From assembly GCF_032444005.1 (NCBI RefSeq), contig NC_091288.1, positions 15,934,001-15,998,000 of the forward strand: a stretch of 64,000 nucleotides of DNA, read 5' to 3'. Made by a program: the position numbers and the translations under genes. The DNA is from Ranitomeya imitator. Lineage: Eukaryota. The notes beneath the pieces are model-generated. The model did no database searches. It worked only from the letters and a program-made list of their open reading frames with translations, and had not been told where the DNA came from. Below, one piece after another: positions 1-17,591 of the stretch (its first letter is position 1; the number at the start of each line of letters is the position of its first letter).

Positions 1-407
1 CGTAATGAGCTGGCTTCATTTTGCCTGCAGACCCTGGCGGACCTCCCTCTATGATGGACCAATATCCTAATCGGGTACATGGAATGAGGTTGTACGTGAA
101 ATGAGTCTCACAACATGACAACAATTTTGTCCGGCTCATTTTTGGGGTTTTGTGTGAAATGATGCCTTTAATTCTCTCGTTTTTTTTAATGTTATTCCAA
201 TACACAAAAAGGAAATAAACGTGTATAACCATACCTCCGAACTTTTGAAGAAGGCAAAGAGGGACAAAGGTAGTGGCAAATTTTAGGTCACGCCCTGACC
301 ACACCCATTTCACAACTAGTCCCACCCATATCCAAACACCAACCACACCTATTTAGTACTGCTGATCACACTGTTTCATAAACAATAATTATATAAACAG
401 AAAAAAA

Positions 408-885
408 TATGGCCACGCAGTGCTCCATACTGTATAATGACCCCACATGATGCTCAATACTGTATAATGGCCACACAGTGCTCCATACTGTATAATGGCC
501 ACACATGATGCTCCGTACTCTATAATTGCCCCACATGATGCTCCATACCGTATAATGGCCACACAGTGCTCCATAGTGTACAATGGCCCCACATGATGCT
601 CCATACCGTATAATGGCCACACAGTGCTCCATAGTGTACAATGGCCACACATGATGCTCAATACTGTATAATGGCCACACAGTGCTCCATACTGTATAAT
701 GGCCCCACAGTGCTCCATACTGTATAATGGCCACACATGATGCTCAATACTGTATAATGGCCACACAGTGCTCCATGCTGTATAATGACCGCACGTGATG
801 CTCCATACTGTATAATGGCCACACATGATGCTCCATACTGTATAATGGCCCCACATGATGCTCCATACTGTATAGTGGCCACAGA
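408..885. repeat. 28-30 bp minisatellite (CTGTATAATGGCCACACA(T)G(A)TGCTCCATA)
   Basis: About 16 visible tandem copies; explains ORFs 366-882. Confidence 0.9.
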
Positions 886-1090
886 TGACGATGCCAGTGT
901 ACAGTCAGGGCTGTAGATGTATCCCAGCAGCTTACAATGCAGGCAAAGATTTCACCACCTGTCGCTGTCTATACTGCTGCCTCACAGATCCTGCACATTG
1001 CAATGTAGCCCAGCTCTGCGAACTCTGCATGCACTCTGACAACACCACTATCTACTGGCTCCACTCCATAACTGCTGTAGTATATAGAGG

Positions 1091-1094
<4 letters not shown>

Positions 1095-1122
<28 letters not shown>
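1095..1122. repeat. (AT)n microsatellite
   Basis: Direct reading; a (CA)n tract also lies at about 1216-1232. Confidence 0.95.
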
Positions 1123-1123
<1 letters not shown>

Positions 1124-1870
1124 CTGTGCATATGACTAACTGTATTGCTCTAACTGCTGCCACTACTCCTGGTTATAATGTCTTGTACTGTAAGCACAGC
1201 AGGGCCAGCTGCATGACACACACACACACACATATACCTCAGAATGTCCTCTCTCCCTCTCTGAACTACCGCCCCGAAAGAAGATACGGAGGGGGCGTGA
1301 CCTAACCAGAGGAATCTATGGAGGGCGTGGCCTAATACAAGGGGCATGTCGGATGCTTCTGCGTGGAGTCCCGTGCGGGACTGCGGGGCACAGCCTCAAA
1401 ATCGGGACAGTCCCACAGTATGAGGGACGGTTGGGAGCCATGGTATAACAAAATATGTGTAATTGCAGTAATGTTCTAGAGGAAATACTTCATGTTTTGG
1501 AATAATTTCAAGGGTGCCAACACTTTCGTCCGCACTGTATATACAGCTGTCGAAGCTGTTGAGACCCACAGCCAGTCCCTGCATCGAGGTCTATGCTCAG
1601 ACGTTTGAATTTGACCTCAGTATTGACACCCCCAGAGTAACAAACCATGCATTTGCCATGTTGGGGGTCACATTTTGCCATCCGGTTGGCACTGGTGGTC
1701 TCCGCTATGTCATATGGCGTTTTATGTATTACACCATATTTGACCCTTGGCATTACATAATATATATAGATCAGTATATATATATTTTAGGGATGACACG
1801 CCTGCTATTCCTGTGTTAGTCATGCTTGTGTATGTGCTGACATAGGTGACCTGCGCTTATTTTACACAGT

Positions 1871-2070
1871 TAAGCCGGGATCACACATGCGAGAAATACG
1901 TCCGAGTCTCGCATGGTAATACCCGGCATTGCCGCCGTCACTCAGGAGCTAAGCGTTGGCCGCATAGCAATACATGCGGCCGACGCTCCGCTCCTGAGTG
2001 ACAGCGGCAATGCCGGGTTTTACCATGCGAGACTCGGACGTATTTGTCACATGTGTGATCCCTGCCTTAG
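1871..2070. mobile_element. ~200 bp palindromic MITE (Harbinger- or T2-like)
   Basis: Near-perfect fold-back: GGATCACACATG...GAGTCTCGCATGGTAA...GGCCGCAT / ATGCGGCC...TTACCATGCGAGACTC...CATGTGTGATCC, with T(T)AA/TTA-like flanks. Confidence 0.75.
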
Positions 2071-2184
2071 TCTCTTGTGTGGTGTGGACTTAGCAGTCGG
2101 GTGTCATATTCTGGGGCTGTAGAACACATTCATCACGTTTACATATTTATGATCTGTTACCTTTTCTGTTGCCCTTAATGATGT

Positions 2185-2272
2185 CCATAGCAACCAATCA
2201 CAGCTCATCTTTCATTTTCTAAGCAGCTCTGGTCAAATGAAAGCTGTACTGTGATTGGTTGCTATGGGCAAC
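2185..2272. repeat. Short hairpin repeat remnant containing CCAAT and X-box-like motifs
   Basis: CCATAGCAACCAATCACAG pairs with CTGTGATTGGTTGCTATGG; GTTGCTATGGGCAAC at 2258-2272. Confidence 0.6.
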
Positions 2273-2554
2273 ACACAGTCAGTTTTGATAAATGAGGCCT
2301 AGTGTATTCAGGTAAGCCTGTACTTGAGTGTATAATCTGCTACGTGGGTTGGGCAGGGGCCACAGCTGTCACTGTCTTACAAGACTCAATAAGTTTATAA
2401 TTTTACCCCTTTGGATTATAACAGTCAGTACATTTCTCTGTGTGCGTGTTCTTGCAGGAGTTGTGTACCTCAGAGTGGTGTTTTAAGCAATTGGTGGCCG
2501 TCTCAGGACTCAAGCCCCTTCCAATCAACAGCACTTTGTTAATTTTTCTAATTT

Positions 2555-2745
2555 ACTGAGATAATGACTTTTGGGTTTTCATTGGCTGTAAGCCATAATC
2601 ATCAACATTAGCAGAAATAAACAAGTGAAATAGATCACTCTGCGTGTAATGACTCTATAGAATATATGAGATTCACTTTTTGTATTGAAGAACTGAAATA
2701 AATTAACTTTTTGTTGATATTCTAATTTTGTGAGAAGCACCTGTA
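2555..2745. mobile_element. Tc1/mariner terminal repeat fragment
   Basis: Ends ...GATATTCTAATTTTGTGAGAAGCACCTG+TA; reverse complement matches 63865-64000. Left boundary approximate. Confidence 0.7.
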
Positions 2746-2918
2746 TTATGTGTCATATAATATATACATAGTCTCAGCATGGAGGGAGGAAACCATGTAT
2801 CATTCTAAATATAATTATTTAAGTGGAGGTCCGACCCCCGGCAGCCTACGATCCGTTGTTATCAGCTCTGGTGGTGGCTGGATATATAAACAGTGTGCAG
2901 AGTAGAATACACTATGTA

Positions 2919-3480
2919 CGGTTGTGGCCAAAAGTTTTGAGACTGAGACAAATGTTGGCTTTTACATTTTGTGGCTTCAATGTGTTTCCACTCTCTTAGT
3001 TGGATATTTCTACAAAAACTGAAGTACAATTATAAACATTTCATAAGTGTTTACACTTTTATTGACAAATATATTAAATTTCTGTAAAGACTTGATAAAT
3101 GCCCCTTATTTCTCTAGACTTCTGCCCGCTGCCTCGACAGCTGGATATCGGCTTCTGGGATCAAATCCTGACTAATGACCGCCCGTTCTTGTCTTGTCAC
3201 AGCTCGGAGTTATCACAATTTTATGGTTTTCCGTTTGTCGCTTTTTGATGATTGACTGCAGGTACTCAATGGGATGCGATATGGGGAGTTTCCTGACCAT
3301 GCACCATAAGTATCAATGTATTATTGAGTCACTTAGTTATGACTTTCTCCATCATGCTGCAAACAAAAACATTGTTGATCACCACATTGCTCCTGGATTG
3401 TTAGGAGAAGTTCTTCTTGGTGGAAGTTTAGATCCCATTCTTTAGTCATGGCTGTGTTCTTAGGCAAAATTGTGACTGAG
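2919..3480. mobile_element. Decayed Tc1-like element fragment
   Basis: TA followed by CGGTTGTGGCCAAAAGTTTTGAGA, a Tc1-type terminus; right boundary poorly defined. Confidence 0.45.
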
Positions 3481-4358
3481 CTGAAACCCCCCATGAATGG
3501 TCTCAGTCAGGACACATAGTCTTGGCAGACACAGGACTCATGGTAGCGCTCACCTTGTTTTCTCCAGGCAATCATTCTTCCAGATGTCACCTACAGTCTC
3601 AATAAGCATCATCTGAGAAAATAACATTACACCCGTCCTCTGCAGTCCAATCTCTGTGCTTCCTAAAAAGTCATTTTCTCTGATTAAACCTTTAGCCGCT
3701 CACTATAAGTCATTGGAACGGTGCAGGGAGCAATCACAGACATTGGTCTGTACTAGGAGTGTGCTGTGATCACTCCCTGACACTTTTATTGGCAACGTGT
3801 TTTTCAGCGTGTGCGCATGTCAAAACGTGTTGTCAATCAAATTGCTAGATGGAGTGATCACAGACACTGTAACTGCTCCCTGTAGGGCTCAATGTCTGGA
3901 AGCAAGCAGCTGCAGGGAGTATATAACTTAAATTCCTCACTGTTGCCACTGCTCCAGACAGAATTTAAATGCTATTTACCTGCAGATTACCCTTTTATCT
4001 GCATGTAAATAGCGTTTCTGGACTTGGCAAGAGCCCTTTAAATAATCAATGAGTGTAGTAGCACATCGTGAGCTGTAGGTGTCACTGTTGTCTTTAAAGT
4101 GCTTTATCAGTAAGCAATCAGAATGCTGCACTGACTTCCTTTAAATTGACCAGGATTAAAAAGAAAAAAAAAGGTCTACTTGTCTCTTAAAGAAATAGTG
4201 CTACTAACTTTACTGGGTTCACTTTGATTTTGTAGCTTTAGCAACATTCAACTAAATGGGAGGCTGAGCTGCAATGACCAACAAAGCCCTTGGATTAGAG
4301 TGGAGTTATTGGCTGCATTTGTTTTCCAAATCTTTTTTCAAAATATCCCCTATAATTT

Positions 4359-4373
4359 CCACTAGGTGGCACT
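4359..4373 (+). promoter_or_regulatory. CTCF-like motif within a dispersed repeat
   Basis: CCACTAGGTGGCACT fits CCASYAGRKGGCRS; flanking ~60 bp is homologous to 27658-27720. Confidence 0.55.
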
Positions 4374-4647
4374 AGAGTTCAATTCCTCTTTCTCTCTGAA
4401 AAGGCAATTTGCATATTTAATTTCCCAGAGGAGAATGCATGGCATTTAATTTTCCTCATACTGACATGTCAGACCTGGCTTGTCACTCTCCACAAGGAGG
4501 AACCTTACCCCTTAGGTTTCAAAATAGCAGAAATTTTACAAGAATTAGTATGTATTGCAAGTAGCTTTATAACGTTTCTCAACCAGACATATTCAGGTGA
4601 GAATTCAGAAACAATCCCACCACCCTCTAATCCGTGCCTATGTGTAA

Positions 4648-5402
4648 AGGTACCTTCACACTGAGCAACTTTAGAACGATAACGATAGCGATCCGTGACG
4701 TTGCAGCGTCCTGGATAGCGATATCGTTGTGTTTGACACGCAGCAGCGATCAGGATCCTGCTGTGACATCGCTGGTCGGAGCTAGAAGGCCAGAACTTTA
4801 TTTCGTCGCTGGATCACCCGCAGACATCGCTGAATCGGCGTGTGTGACGCCGATTCAGCGATGTCTTCACTGGTAACCAGGGTAAACATCGGGTTACTAA
4901 GCGCAGGGCCGCGCTTAGTAACCCGATGTTTACCCTGGTTACCATTGTAAATGTAAAAAAACCCAAACACTTACATACTTACATTCCGGTGTCTGTCGCG
5001 TACCCCGGCGTCCGCTTCCCTGCACTCCTCCTGCATCCTGAGTCAGCGCCAGCCGGCCGTAAAGCAGAGCACAGCGGTGACGTCACCGCTCTGCTTTATG
5101 TCCGGCGCTTACACAGTGCAGGGAAGCGGACGCCGGGGGACGCGATAGACACCGGAATGTAAGTATGTAGTGTTTGTTTGGTTTTTTTTTACATTTACAA
5201 TGGTAACCAGGGTAAATATCGGGTTACTAAGTGCGGCCCTGCGCTTAGTAACCTGATGTTTACCCTGGTTACCAGGGGACTTCGCATAGTTGGTCGCTGG
5301 AGAGTTTTCTGTGTGATAGCTCTCCAGCGACCACACAGCGACGCTGCAGCGATCGGCATCGTTGTCTATATCGCTGCAGCGTCGTTTAATGTGATGGTAC
5401 CT
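4648..5402. mobile_element. PIF/Harbinger-type MITE with nested palindromes
   Basis: Ends AGGTACCTTCACA / TGTGATGGTACCT; TAA direct repeat at 4645-4647 and 5403-5405; internal ~70 bp palindrome at about 4872-4943 and again at about 5203-5272. Confidence 0.85.
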
Positions 5403-5997
5403 TAACTTGAATAGAAGATAGCAGATTGCTAATTGTTGATAAAAATGTGATCAAACAATAGCTGTTTGTCCACTACAAACTATCGTTAAATACTTATTTG
5501 TGCTGACTAATTTCTAATTGTCTTTCAAAGTTAAACAGAAACATTCATTGCGTAACCTTGAATTTCATTTTGTTTGGAGCTGGGGTTAATAGGGGGACAT
5601 TTCTCTAAAAGCAACCTAAATCCCAAATACAAACATTTACTGACAGTATAACAGCTCATTTGCTGTAACCTATTACACTTGAGTTTAGATTATTATGGAT
5701 GCCACTCAAGAATTTTTGGACTTTGCAGTCTTGAATAATCTCAAAATTACTTTATTTTCAGTTCCACTTCCATAATCTTCATCAAGGGGAAGGGGAAATA
5801 GTCTCCAGATGAAGGAAGGAAAGAAACAATTTATCATTCATAATATCAGGCTTTATGCTTTGTGGGCGCCGACATATTCATTGTGTTACCTCCTCTATGT
5901 GAAGCCTTTGTGAATGTGATGATTGTTACTGACACACGAAAACTATAAATTACAGAATGTAGCAGCTTCAACCAAATATTTCTGCAGAGAATTATTG

Positions 5998-6003
5998 TTT
6001 ATT
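5998..6003 (-). terminator. Candidate polyadenylation signal of alpha-tubulin gene A
   Basis: AATAAA on the minus strand 27 nt past the stop; a second lies at 5751-5756. Confidence 0.5.
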
Positions 6004-6029
6004 GCACTAATAGATGATTGCACGAACAT

Positions 6030-10736
<4,707 letters not shown>

Positions 10737-10800
10737 GATGTAGATGTGTAATCCCTGGTATAGTCTCTGAGTGTGAAGCTGTGGCTGCCAAGACGTGATC

Positions 10801-10851
10801 ATTATATAATGTGGGAGGCAGGACTGTCCCCGTAACGGGACACATTGATTG
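10801..10851 (-). promoter_or_regulatory. Core promoter of gene A (TATA and CCAAT boxes)
   Basis: Minus-strand TATATAA within 10801-10810, about 65-75 nt upstream of the ATG; CCAAT at 10847-10851. Confidence 0.7.
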
Positions 10852-11314
10852 GAAGACTGGCCGTGTAACGCTGGTGATACGTCTCCAAGACACAATGTCC
10901 CCAGCAATAAACAATCAAACCAGTACAATGTATCCTAAATACCAGTTTGTCATTGTCTAGAAAAAAAAGAGAAAAGGCTTTAGAACTTGATACAATGTGT
11001 CAGAAGTAGTTATAGAAACAGCAGACTGGTTGTGAAGTATCAACAAATGTATCAATAGTCATCAACACAGCGTCAGTATCAGATTACAACCGAATAATCT
11101 GCATAATAGTCACAAGCATCATTAAGCCGGAAAGACTGTAAAGCCTCATGCACTAGAGTATTACCCCTCCATACAAAACAGAGCAGCAATATGGCCACAT
11201 GTCGTCCTGAGTGGGGAACCACTATACCAAGGGCCACACTCTATTATCTTACCATCAAAAAGGCACATGTACCACCATCACTTATCATCTCGTTATAAGG
11301 ATCAGTATAGAATG

Positions 11315-12540
11315 TAATACAGGAGGTAACTCGGGATCAGTACAGGATCAGTAATGTAATGTATGTACACAGTGACTGTACCAGCAGAATAGTGAGTGCA
11401 GCTCTGGGGTATAATACAAGATGTAACTCAGGATCAGTAATGTAATGTATGTACACAGTGACTGTACCAGCAGAATAGTGAGTGCAGCTCTGGGGTATAA
11501 TACAGGAGGTAACTCAGGATCTGTGATGTAATGTGTGCACACAGTGACTGCACCAGCAGAATAGTGAGTGCAGCTCTGGAGTATAATACAGGATGTAACT
11601 CAGGATCAGTAATGTAATGTATGTACACAGTGACTGCACCAGCAGAATAGTGAGTGCAGCTCTGGGGTATAATACAGGATGTAACTCAGGATCAGTAATG
11701 TAATGTGTGCACACAGTGACTGCACCAGCAGAATAGTGAGTGCAGCTCTGGGGTATAATACAGGATGTAACTCAGGATCAGTAATGTAATGTGTGCACAC
11801 AGTGACTGCACCAGCAGAATAGTGAGTGCAGCTCTGGAGTATAATACAGGATGTAACTCAGGATCAGTAATGTAATGTGTGCACACATTGACTGCACCAG
11901 CAGAATAGTGAGTGCAGCTCTGGAGTATAATACAGGATGTAACTCAGGATCACTAATGTAATGTATGTACACAGTGACTGCACCAGAGAATAGTGAGTGC
12001 AGCTCTGGAGTATAATACAGGATGTAACTCAGGATCAGTAATATAATGTATGTACACAGTGACTGCACCAGCAGAATAGTGAGTGCAGCTCTGGCGTATA
12101 ATACAGGATGTAACTCAGGATCAGTAATGTATGTACACAGTGACTGCACCAACAGAATAGAGAGTGCAGCTCTGGAGTATAATACAGGATGGAACTCAGG
12201 ATCAGTAATGTAATGTGTGCACACAGTGACAGTACCAGCAGAATAGTGAGTGCAGCTCTGGAGTATAATACAAGATGTAACTCAGGATCAGTAATGTAAT
12301 GTATGTACACAGTGACTGCACCAGCAGAATAGTAAGTGCAGCTCTGGGGTATAATACAAGATGTAACTCAGGGTCAGTAATGTAATGTATGTACACAGTG
12401 ACTGCACAAGCAGAAGAGTGAGTGCAGCTCTGGAGTATAATATAGGATTTAACTCAGGATCAGTAATGTAATGTATGTACACAGTGACTGCAGCAGCAGA
12501 ATAGTAAGTGCAGCTCTGGAGTATAATACAGGATGTAACT
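11315..12540 (+). repeat. 86-bp tandem array, about 14 copies
   Basis: Unit CAGTGACTGCACCAGCAGAATAGTGAGTGCAGCTCTGGAGTATAATACAGGATGTAACTCAGGATCAGTAATGTAATGTATGTACA; ORF starts recur every 86 nt. Confidence 0.95.
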
Positions 12541-12655
12541 CTTTTGCTTTAAGGCTGTAAAAACCGGGGCTGTTGAGTCAGAGTCGGTGTCCATTTTGGC
12601 AGAGTCAGTATGAAATGAACCGACTTCGTCTCTTAAAATATAGAATACATTGGGT

Positions 12656-15600
12656 CAAGGCCGCCATCAGGGCATGACAGCCGTGACTGGCGTATGGGGC
12701 CCGGTGAGCAGAGGGGGCCCGCAGCGGGCCCCGTCTCATCTGCTCACCGGGCCCCCCCTGCAGGCGCTGCGGGCGGCACACTATTGACGTGCGGGCCCGC
12801 GCCCGCACGTCAATAGTTCACAGCCGCCAGCCAGTCTGAGGCTGGCAGCTGAATAGGGCCCCGGCCGCAGTGCGCACTCACCGGCTTCGCCGGCGTCTGA
12901 CGTCATTGTCAGCCACCGGGCCCGGCGAGTGCGTCTGTGTGGAGCCTGGGGGTTTCTTCGCCCGGCGCTGGAACATGGCCAGGTAAGAAGTCGTGTTTTT
13001 TTTTTTTTCTGAGAGCGGCATCCAGGGGGGCCCGGGGGGCAGAATGCTGGACACACAGGGGCAGAAATGCTGGACACAGTGGGGCAGAAATGCTGGACAC
13101 AGTGGGGCAGAATGCTGGACACAGTGGGGCAGAAATGCTGGACACAGTGGGGCAGAAATACTGGACACAGTGGGGCAGAAATGCTGGACACAGTGGGGCA
13201 GAATACTGGAAACAGTGGGGCAGAAATGCTGGACACAGTGGGGCAGAATGGTGGACACACAGGGGCAGAAATGCTGGACACAGTGGGGCAGAATGCTGGA
13301 CACAGTGGGGCAGAAATGCTGGACACAGTGGGGCAGAAATACTGGACACAGTGGGGCAGAAATGCTGGACACAGTGGGGCAGAATGCTGGACACAGTGGG
13401 GCAGAAATGCTGGACACAGTGGGGCAGAATGGTGGACACACAGGGGCAGAAATGCTGGACACAGTGCGGCAGAATGCTGGACACAGTGGGGCAGAAATGC
13501 TGGACACAGTGGGGCAGAAATACTGGACACAGTGGGGCAGAAATGCTGGACTCAGTGGGGCAGAAATGCTGGACACAGTGGGGCAGAATGCTGGACACAG
13601 TGGGGCAGAATGCTGGACACAGTGGGGCAGAAATGCTGGACACAGTGGGGCAGAATGCTGGACACAGTGGGGCAGAATGCTGGACACAGTGGGGCAGAAA
13701 TGCTGGACACACAGGGGCAGAAATGCTGGACACAGTGGGGCAGAATGCTGGACACAGTGGGGCAGAATGCTGGACACAGTGGGGCAGAAATGCTGGACAC
13801 AGTGGGGCAGAAATGCTGGACACAGTGGGGCAGAAATGCTGGACACAGTGGGGCAGAATGCTGGACACAGTGGGGCAGAAATGCTGGACACAGTGGGGCA
13901 GAATGCTGGACACAGTGGGGCAGAATGCTGGACACACGGGCAGAAATGCTGGACACAGTGGGGCAGAATGCTGGACACAGTGGGGCAGAATGCTGGACAC
14001 AGTGGGGCAGAAATGCTGGACACAGTGGGGCAGAAATGCTGGACACAGTGGGGCAGAAATGCTGGACACAGTGGGGCAGAATGCTGGACACAGTGGGGCA
14101 GAAATGCTGGACACAGTGGGGCAGAAATGCTGGACACAGTGGGGCAGAATGCTGGACACAGTGGGGCAGAATGTTGGAGACAGTGGGGCAGAATGCTGGA
14201 GACAGTGGGGCAGAATGCTGGAAACACTGGGGCAGAATGCTGGAGACAGTGGGGCAGAATGCTGGAGACAGTGGGGCAGAATGCTGGAGACAGTGACAGG
14301 GGCAGAATGCTGGAGACAGTGACAGGGGCAGAATGCTGGAGACAGTGAGAGGGGCAGAATGCTGGAGACAGTGACAGGGGCAGAATGCTGGAGACAGTGA
14401 CAGGGGCAGAAATGCTGGACACAGTGGGGCAGAATGCTGGACACACAGGGGCAGAAATGCTGGACACAGTGGGGCAGAATGCTGGACACAGTGTGGGGCA
14501 GAAATGCTGGACACAGTGGGGCAGAAATGCTGGACACAGTGGGGCAGAAATACTGGACACAGTGGGGCAGAAATGCTGGACTCAGTGGGGCAGAAATACT
14601 GGACACAGTGGGGCAGAAATGCTGGACACAGTGGGGCAGAAATGCTGGACACAGTGGGGCAGAATGCTGGACACAGTGGGGCAGAATGTTGGAGACAGTG
14701 GGGCAGAATGCTGGAGACAGTGGGGCAGAATGCTGGAAACAGTGGGGCAGAATGCTGGAGACAGTGACAGGGGCAGAATGCTGGAGACAGTGACAGGGGC
14801 AGAATGCTGGAGACAGTGACAGGGGCAGAATGCTGGAGACAGTGACAGGGGCAGAAATGCTGGACACAGTGGGGCAGAATGCTGGACACACAGGGGCAGA
14901 AATACTGGACACAGTGGGGCAGAAATGCTGGACACAGTGGAGCAGAAATACTGGACACAGTGGGGCAGAAATGCTGGAGTTAGTGGGGCAGAAATACTGG
15001 ACACAGTGGGGCAGAAATGCTGGACACAGTGGGGCAGAAATGCTGGACACAGTGGGGCAGAATGCTGGACACAGTGGGGCAGAATGCTGGACACAGTGGG
15101 GCAGAATGTTGGAGACAGTGGGGCAGAATGCTGGAGACAGTGGGGCAGAATGCTGGAGACAGTGGGGCAGAATGCTGGAAACAGTGGGGCAGAATGCTGG
15201 AGACAGTGGGGCAGAATGCTGGAGATAGTGACAGGGGCAGAATGCTGGAGACAGTGACAGGGGCAGAATGCTGGAGACAGTGACAGGGGCAGAATGCTGG
15301 AGACAGTGACAGGGGCAGAAATGCTGGACACAGTGGGGCAGAATGCTGGACACACAGGGGCAGAAATGCTGGACACAGTGGTGCAGAATGCTGGACACAG
15401 TGGGGCAGAATGCTGGACACAGTGGGGCAGAATGTTGGAGACAGTGGGGCAGAATGTTGGAGACAGTGGGGCAGAATGCTGGAGACAGTGGGGCAAAATG
15501 CTGGAGACAGTGACAGGGGCAAAATGCTGGAGACAGTGACAGGGGCAGAAATGCTGGACACAGTGGGGCAGAATGCTGGACACAGTGACAGGGGCAGAAT

Positions 15601-17190
15601 GCTGGACACAGTGACAGGGGCAGAATGCTGGACACAGGGGCAGACTGTGAGACCCAGGGGCAGAATGCTGGACATTGGGGCAGAATGCGAGACACGGGGC
15701 AGAATGGAGATACGGGTCATGATTGGAGACACGGGGCAGGATGAAAGACATGGGGGCATGACTGGAGACAGATGGGGCAGGATTGGAGACAGATGGGGCA
15801 GAATGGAGACACAGGGGGCAGGATTGGAGACAAGTGTCAGGATTGCAGACATGGGGGCATGGTTGGAGACATAGGGGGCAGAATGGAGACATGGGGCATG
15901 ATTGGAGACACTGGGGGCAGAATAGGAGACAGAGCGTGCAGGATCATGGGGCAGGATGGATATGATGGAGACAGATGGGACCGGATGGAGAGATCACATG
16001 GGGCGATCATATGGGGCAGGATGGGGAGATCATATGGGGCAGAATGGATACTCATGAGGGCAGGATGGGAGAACATCTGGCTGACGCCAGGAATGAGACA
16101 CACGGGGCCAGGCTGGGGGATATTATTAATACCATAGGGGCTAATTTAGGAATATTATTACTGCAGTGATGTATTTATTTTATTTTTTGAGTATACTGTT
16201 TTAAAAGGGGGGCGGTCCTGTTACTGTATAGAGTGATACTATGTCGCCTTCTTCATGTGGTGTAATGTAGAAGTTGTGAAAAATTAAGTAATGTGTTCTA
16301 CAAGCGGAGCTCAAGATAACTGTGTTATTTCCTGCAGAGAGAAGTCCTGGCTGGATTAAATGATGGCGGTCTGTGCTGGATGAAAGATGAAGGACTTCAC
16401 CTAGAGACGTCACTGGTGAGTCAGTGTGTTACCTATACACTGACACTATACACTGTATACTATATACAGAGCTCCTGTGTATAATTTCACTAGTGATCAC
16501 TATATTATCTGTACACAGACACTGCTTACTAATTACAGATCTCCTGTGTATAATGGCACTTATGGTGATAGTATGGTGCTTTTTTTTGAATTACTGATCA
16601 GAATTGTAGTATTCAGTCACTATGTGGTGGTAATATGTGGTCTGGACATGGTGTTGTCGTATTTGTTCCTTGTATGTGATATTATTCGATCCCTGTGGTG
16701 GTAATATGTGGTCTGGTCATGGTGTTGTGGTATTTGTTCCTTTTATGTGATATTATTCGATCACTGTGGTGGTAATATGTCATCTGGTCATGGTGTTGTG
16801 GTATTTGTTCCTTCCTTCCTTTTAAAAATTGAAAAATAAATAAAAATATACCTAAATTGTATTGCATATTTTAACAAATATTTAATAGGTTACAGCAGAG
16901 TAGGGCCCGGCCAAAAGTGTCTACCTTGTTATGGTGGCGGCTTAAAAAATATTTTGGCCAAAACAAAAGCTGCCGGCTATATGTGTGATCTGGTGATAGG
17001 AACTGTCAATGTGTGATAGGTGAGAAGTGGAGTTTTTCCAAGAGAGAGCGGTGGGACTGTGGACAGTTCAAGGGGTGGAGCCTGGAGGCGGGGCTGGGGT
17101 GGAGCCTGGAGGCGGGGCTGGGGCGGAGTCTCAAGGGGGCCCCGAAAATTTTGCCAGTATGGGGCCCCGAAATTTCTAGTGGCAGCCCTG
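12656..17190. mobile_element. 4.5-kb non-autonomous hAT element with expanded internal minisatellite
   Basis: Perfect 8-bp TSD CATTGGGT (12648-12655, 17191-17198); imperfect TIRs CAAGGCCGCCATCAG / CTAGTGGCAGCCCTG; no transposase. Confidence 0.85.
13033..16050. repeat. 22-25 bp minisatellite (GGGGCAGAA(A)TGCTGGACACAGT) with ~450-bp higher-order blocks
   Basis: More than 100 visible copies, degenerating after about 15650; equivalent blocks start at 14385, 14830 and 15294. Confidence 0.95.
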
Positions 17191-17591
17191 CATTGGGTAC
17201 AGCAGTACAATGCAGGATGTGATGTAAATCTTTTCATAAGAATTGTGGAAAGTTATGAAATATCCAATAAATTTCAGTTCTCTAATAACCATAAGAAACC
17301 AAGAACAGTTACAATTCCCAACTACAGGTAGTAAATATAAATAAATAGAAATACCAAAGAAATAAACTAATTAGAAAAATAGTACAAAGCTTTATTAGCA
17401 CAAAATACAAAAATATACAAATAGAAACACACAATAAAATCCAAAATTACTGGACAGGTCATTTATGCAATGACACATACAGGCAGTGACAGGCTGTCCA
17501 AGGTACAAGGGTGCTCAAACAATAACCTCATCTACTTCCAGTACCCAACAATACATATATGAGTAACCCAGCAGTAGAAATACATGGATGG

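Larger units (their letters stand above)
230..1442. mobile_element. Non-autonomous hAT-like DNA transposon carrying internal mini/microsatellites
   Basis: Left end CATACCTCCGAAC (230) and right end GTTGGGAGCCATG (1442) are imperfect inverted repeats; GTATAAC flanks both sides (223-229, 1443-1449), a near-8-bp TSD. Confidence 0.6.

Noticed and set aside
11348-12482. Recurrent 64-aa ORFs, also at 59796-61120
   Set aside because: Translations of the 86-bp array; no splice or promoter support.
12781-16169. Long ORFs up to 928 aa (CPAF/HCVQ and MLDTVGQ repeats)
   Set aside because: They are open in several frames on both strands of a minisatellite inside a non-autonomous transposon.
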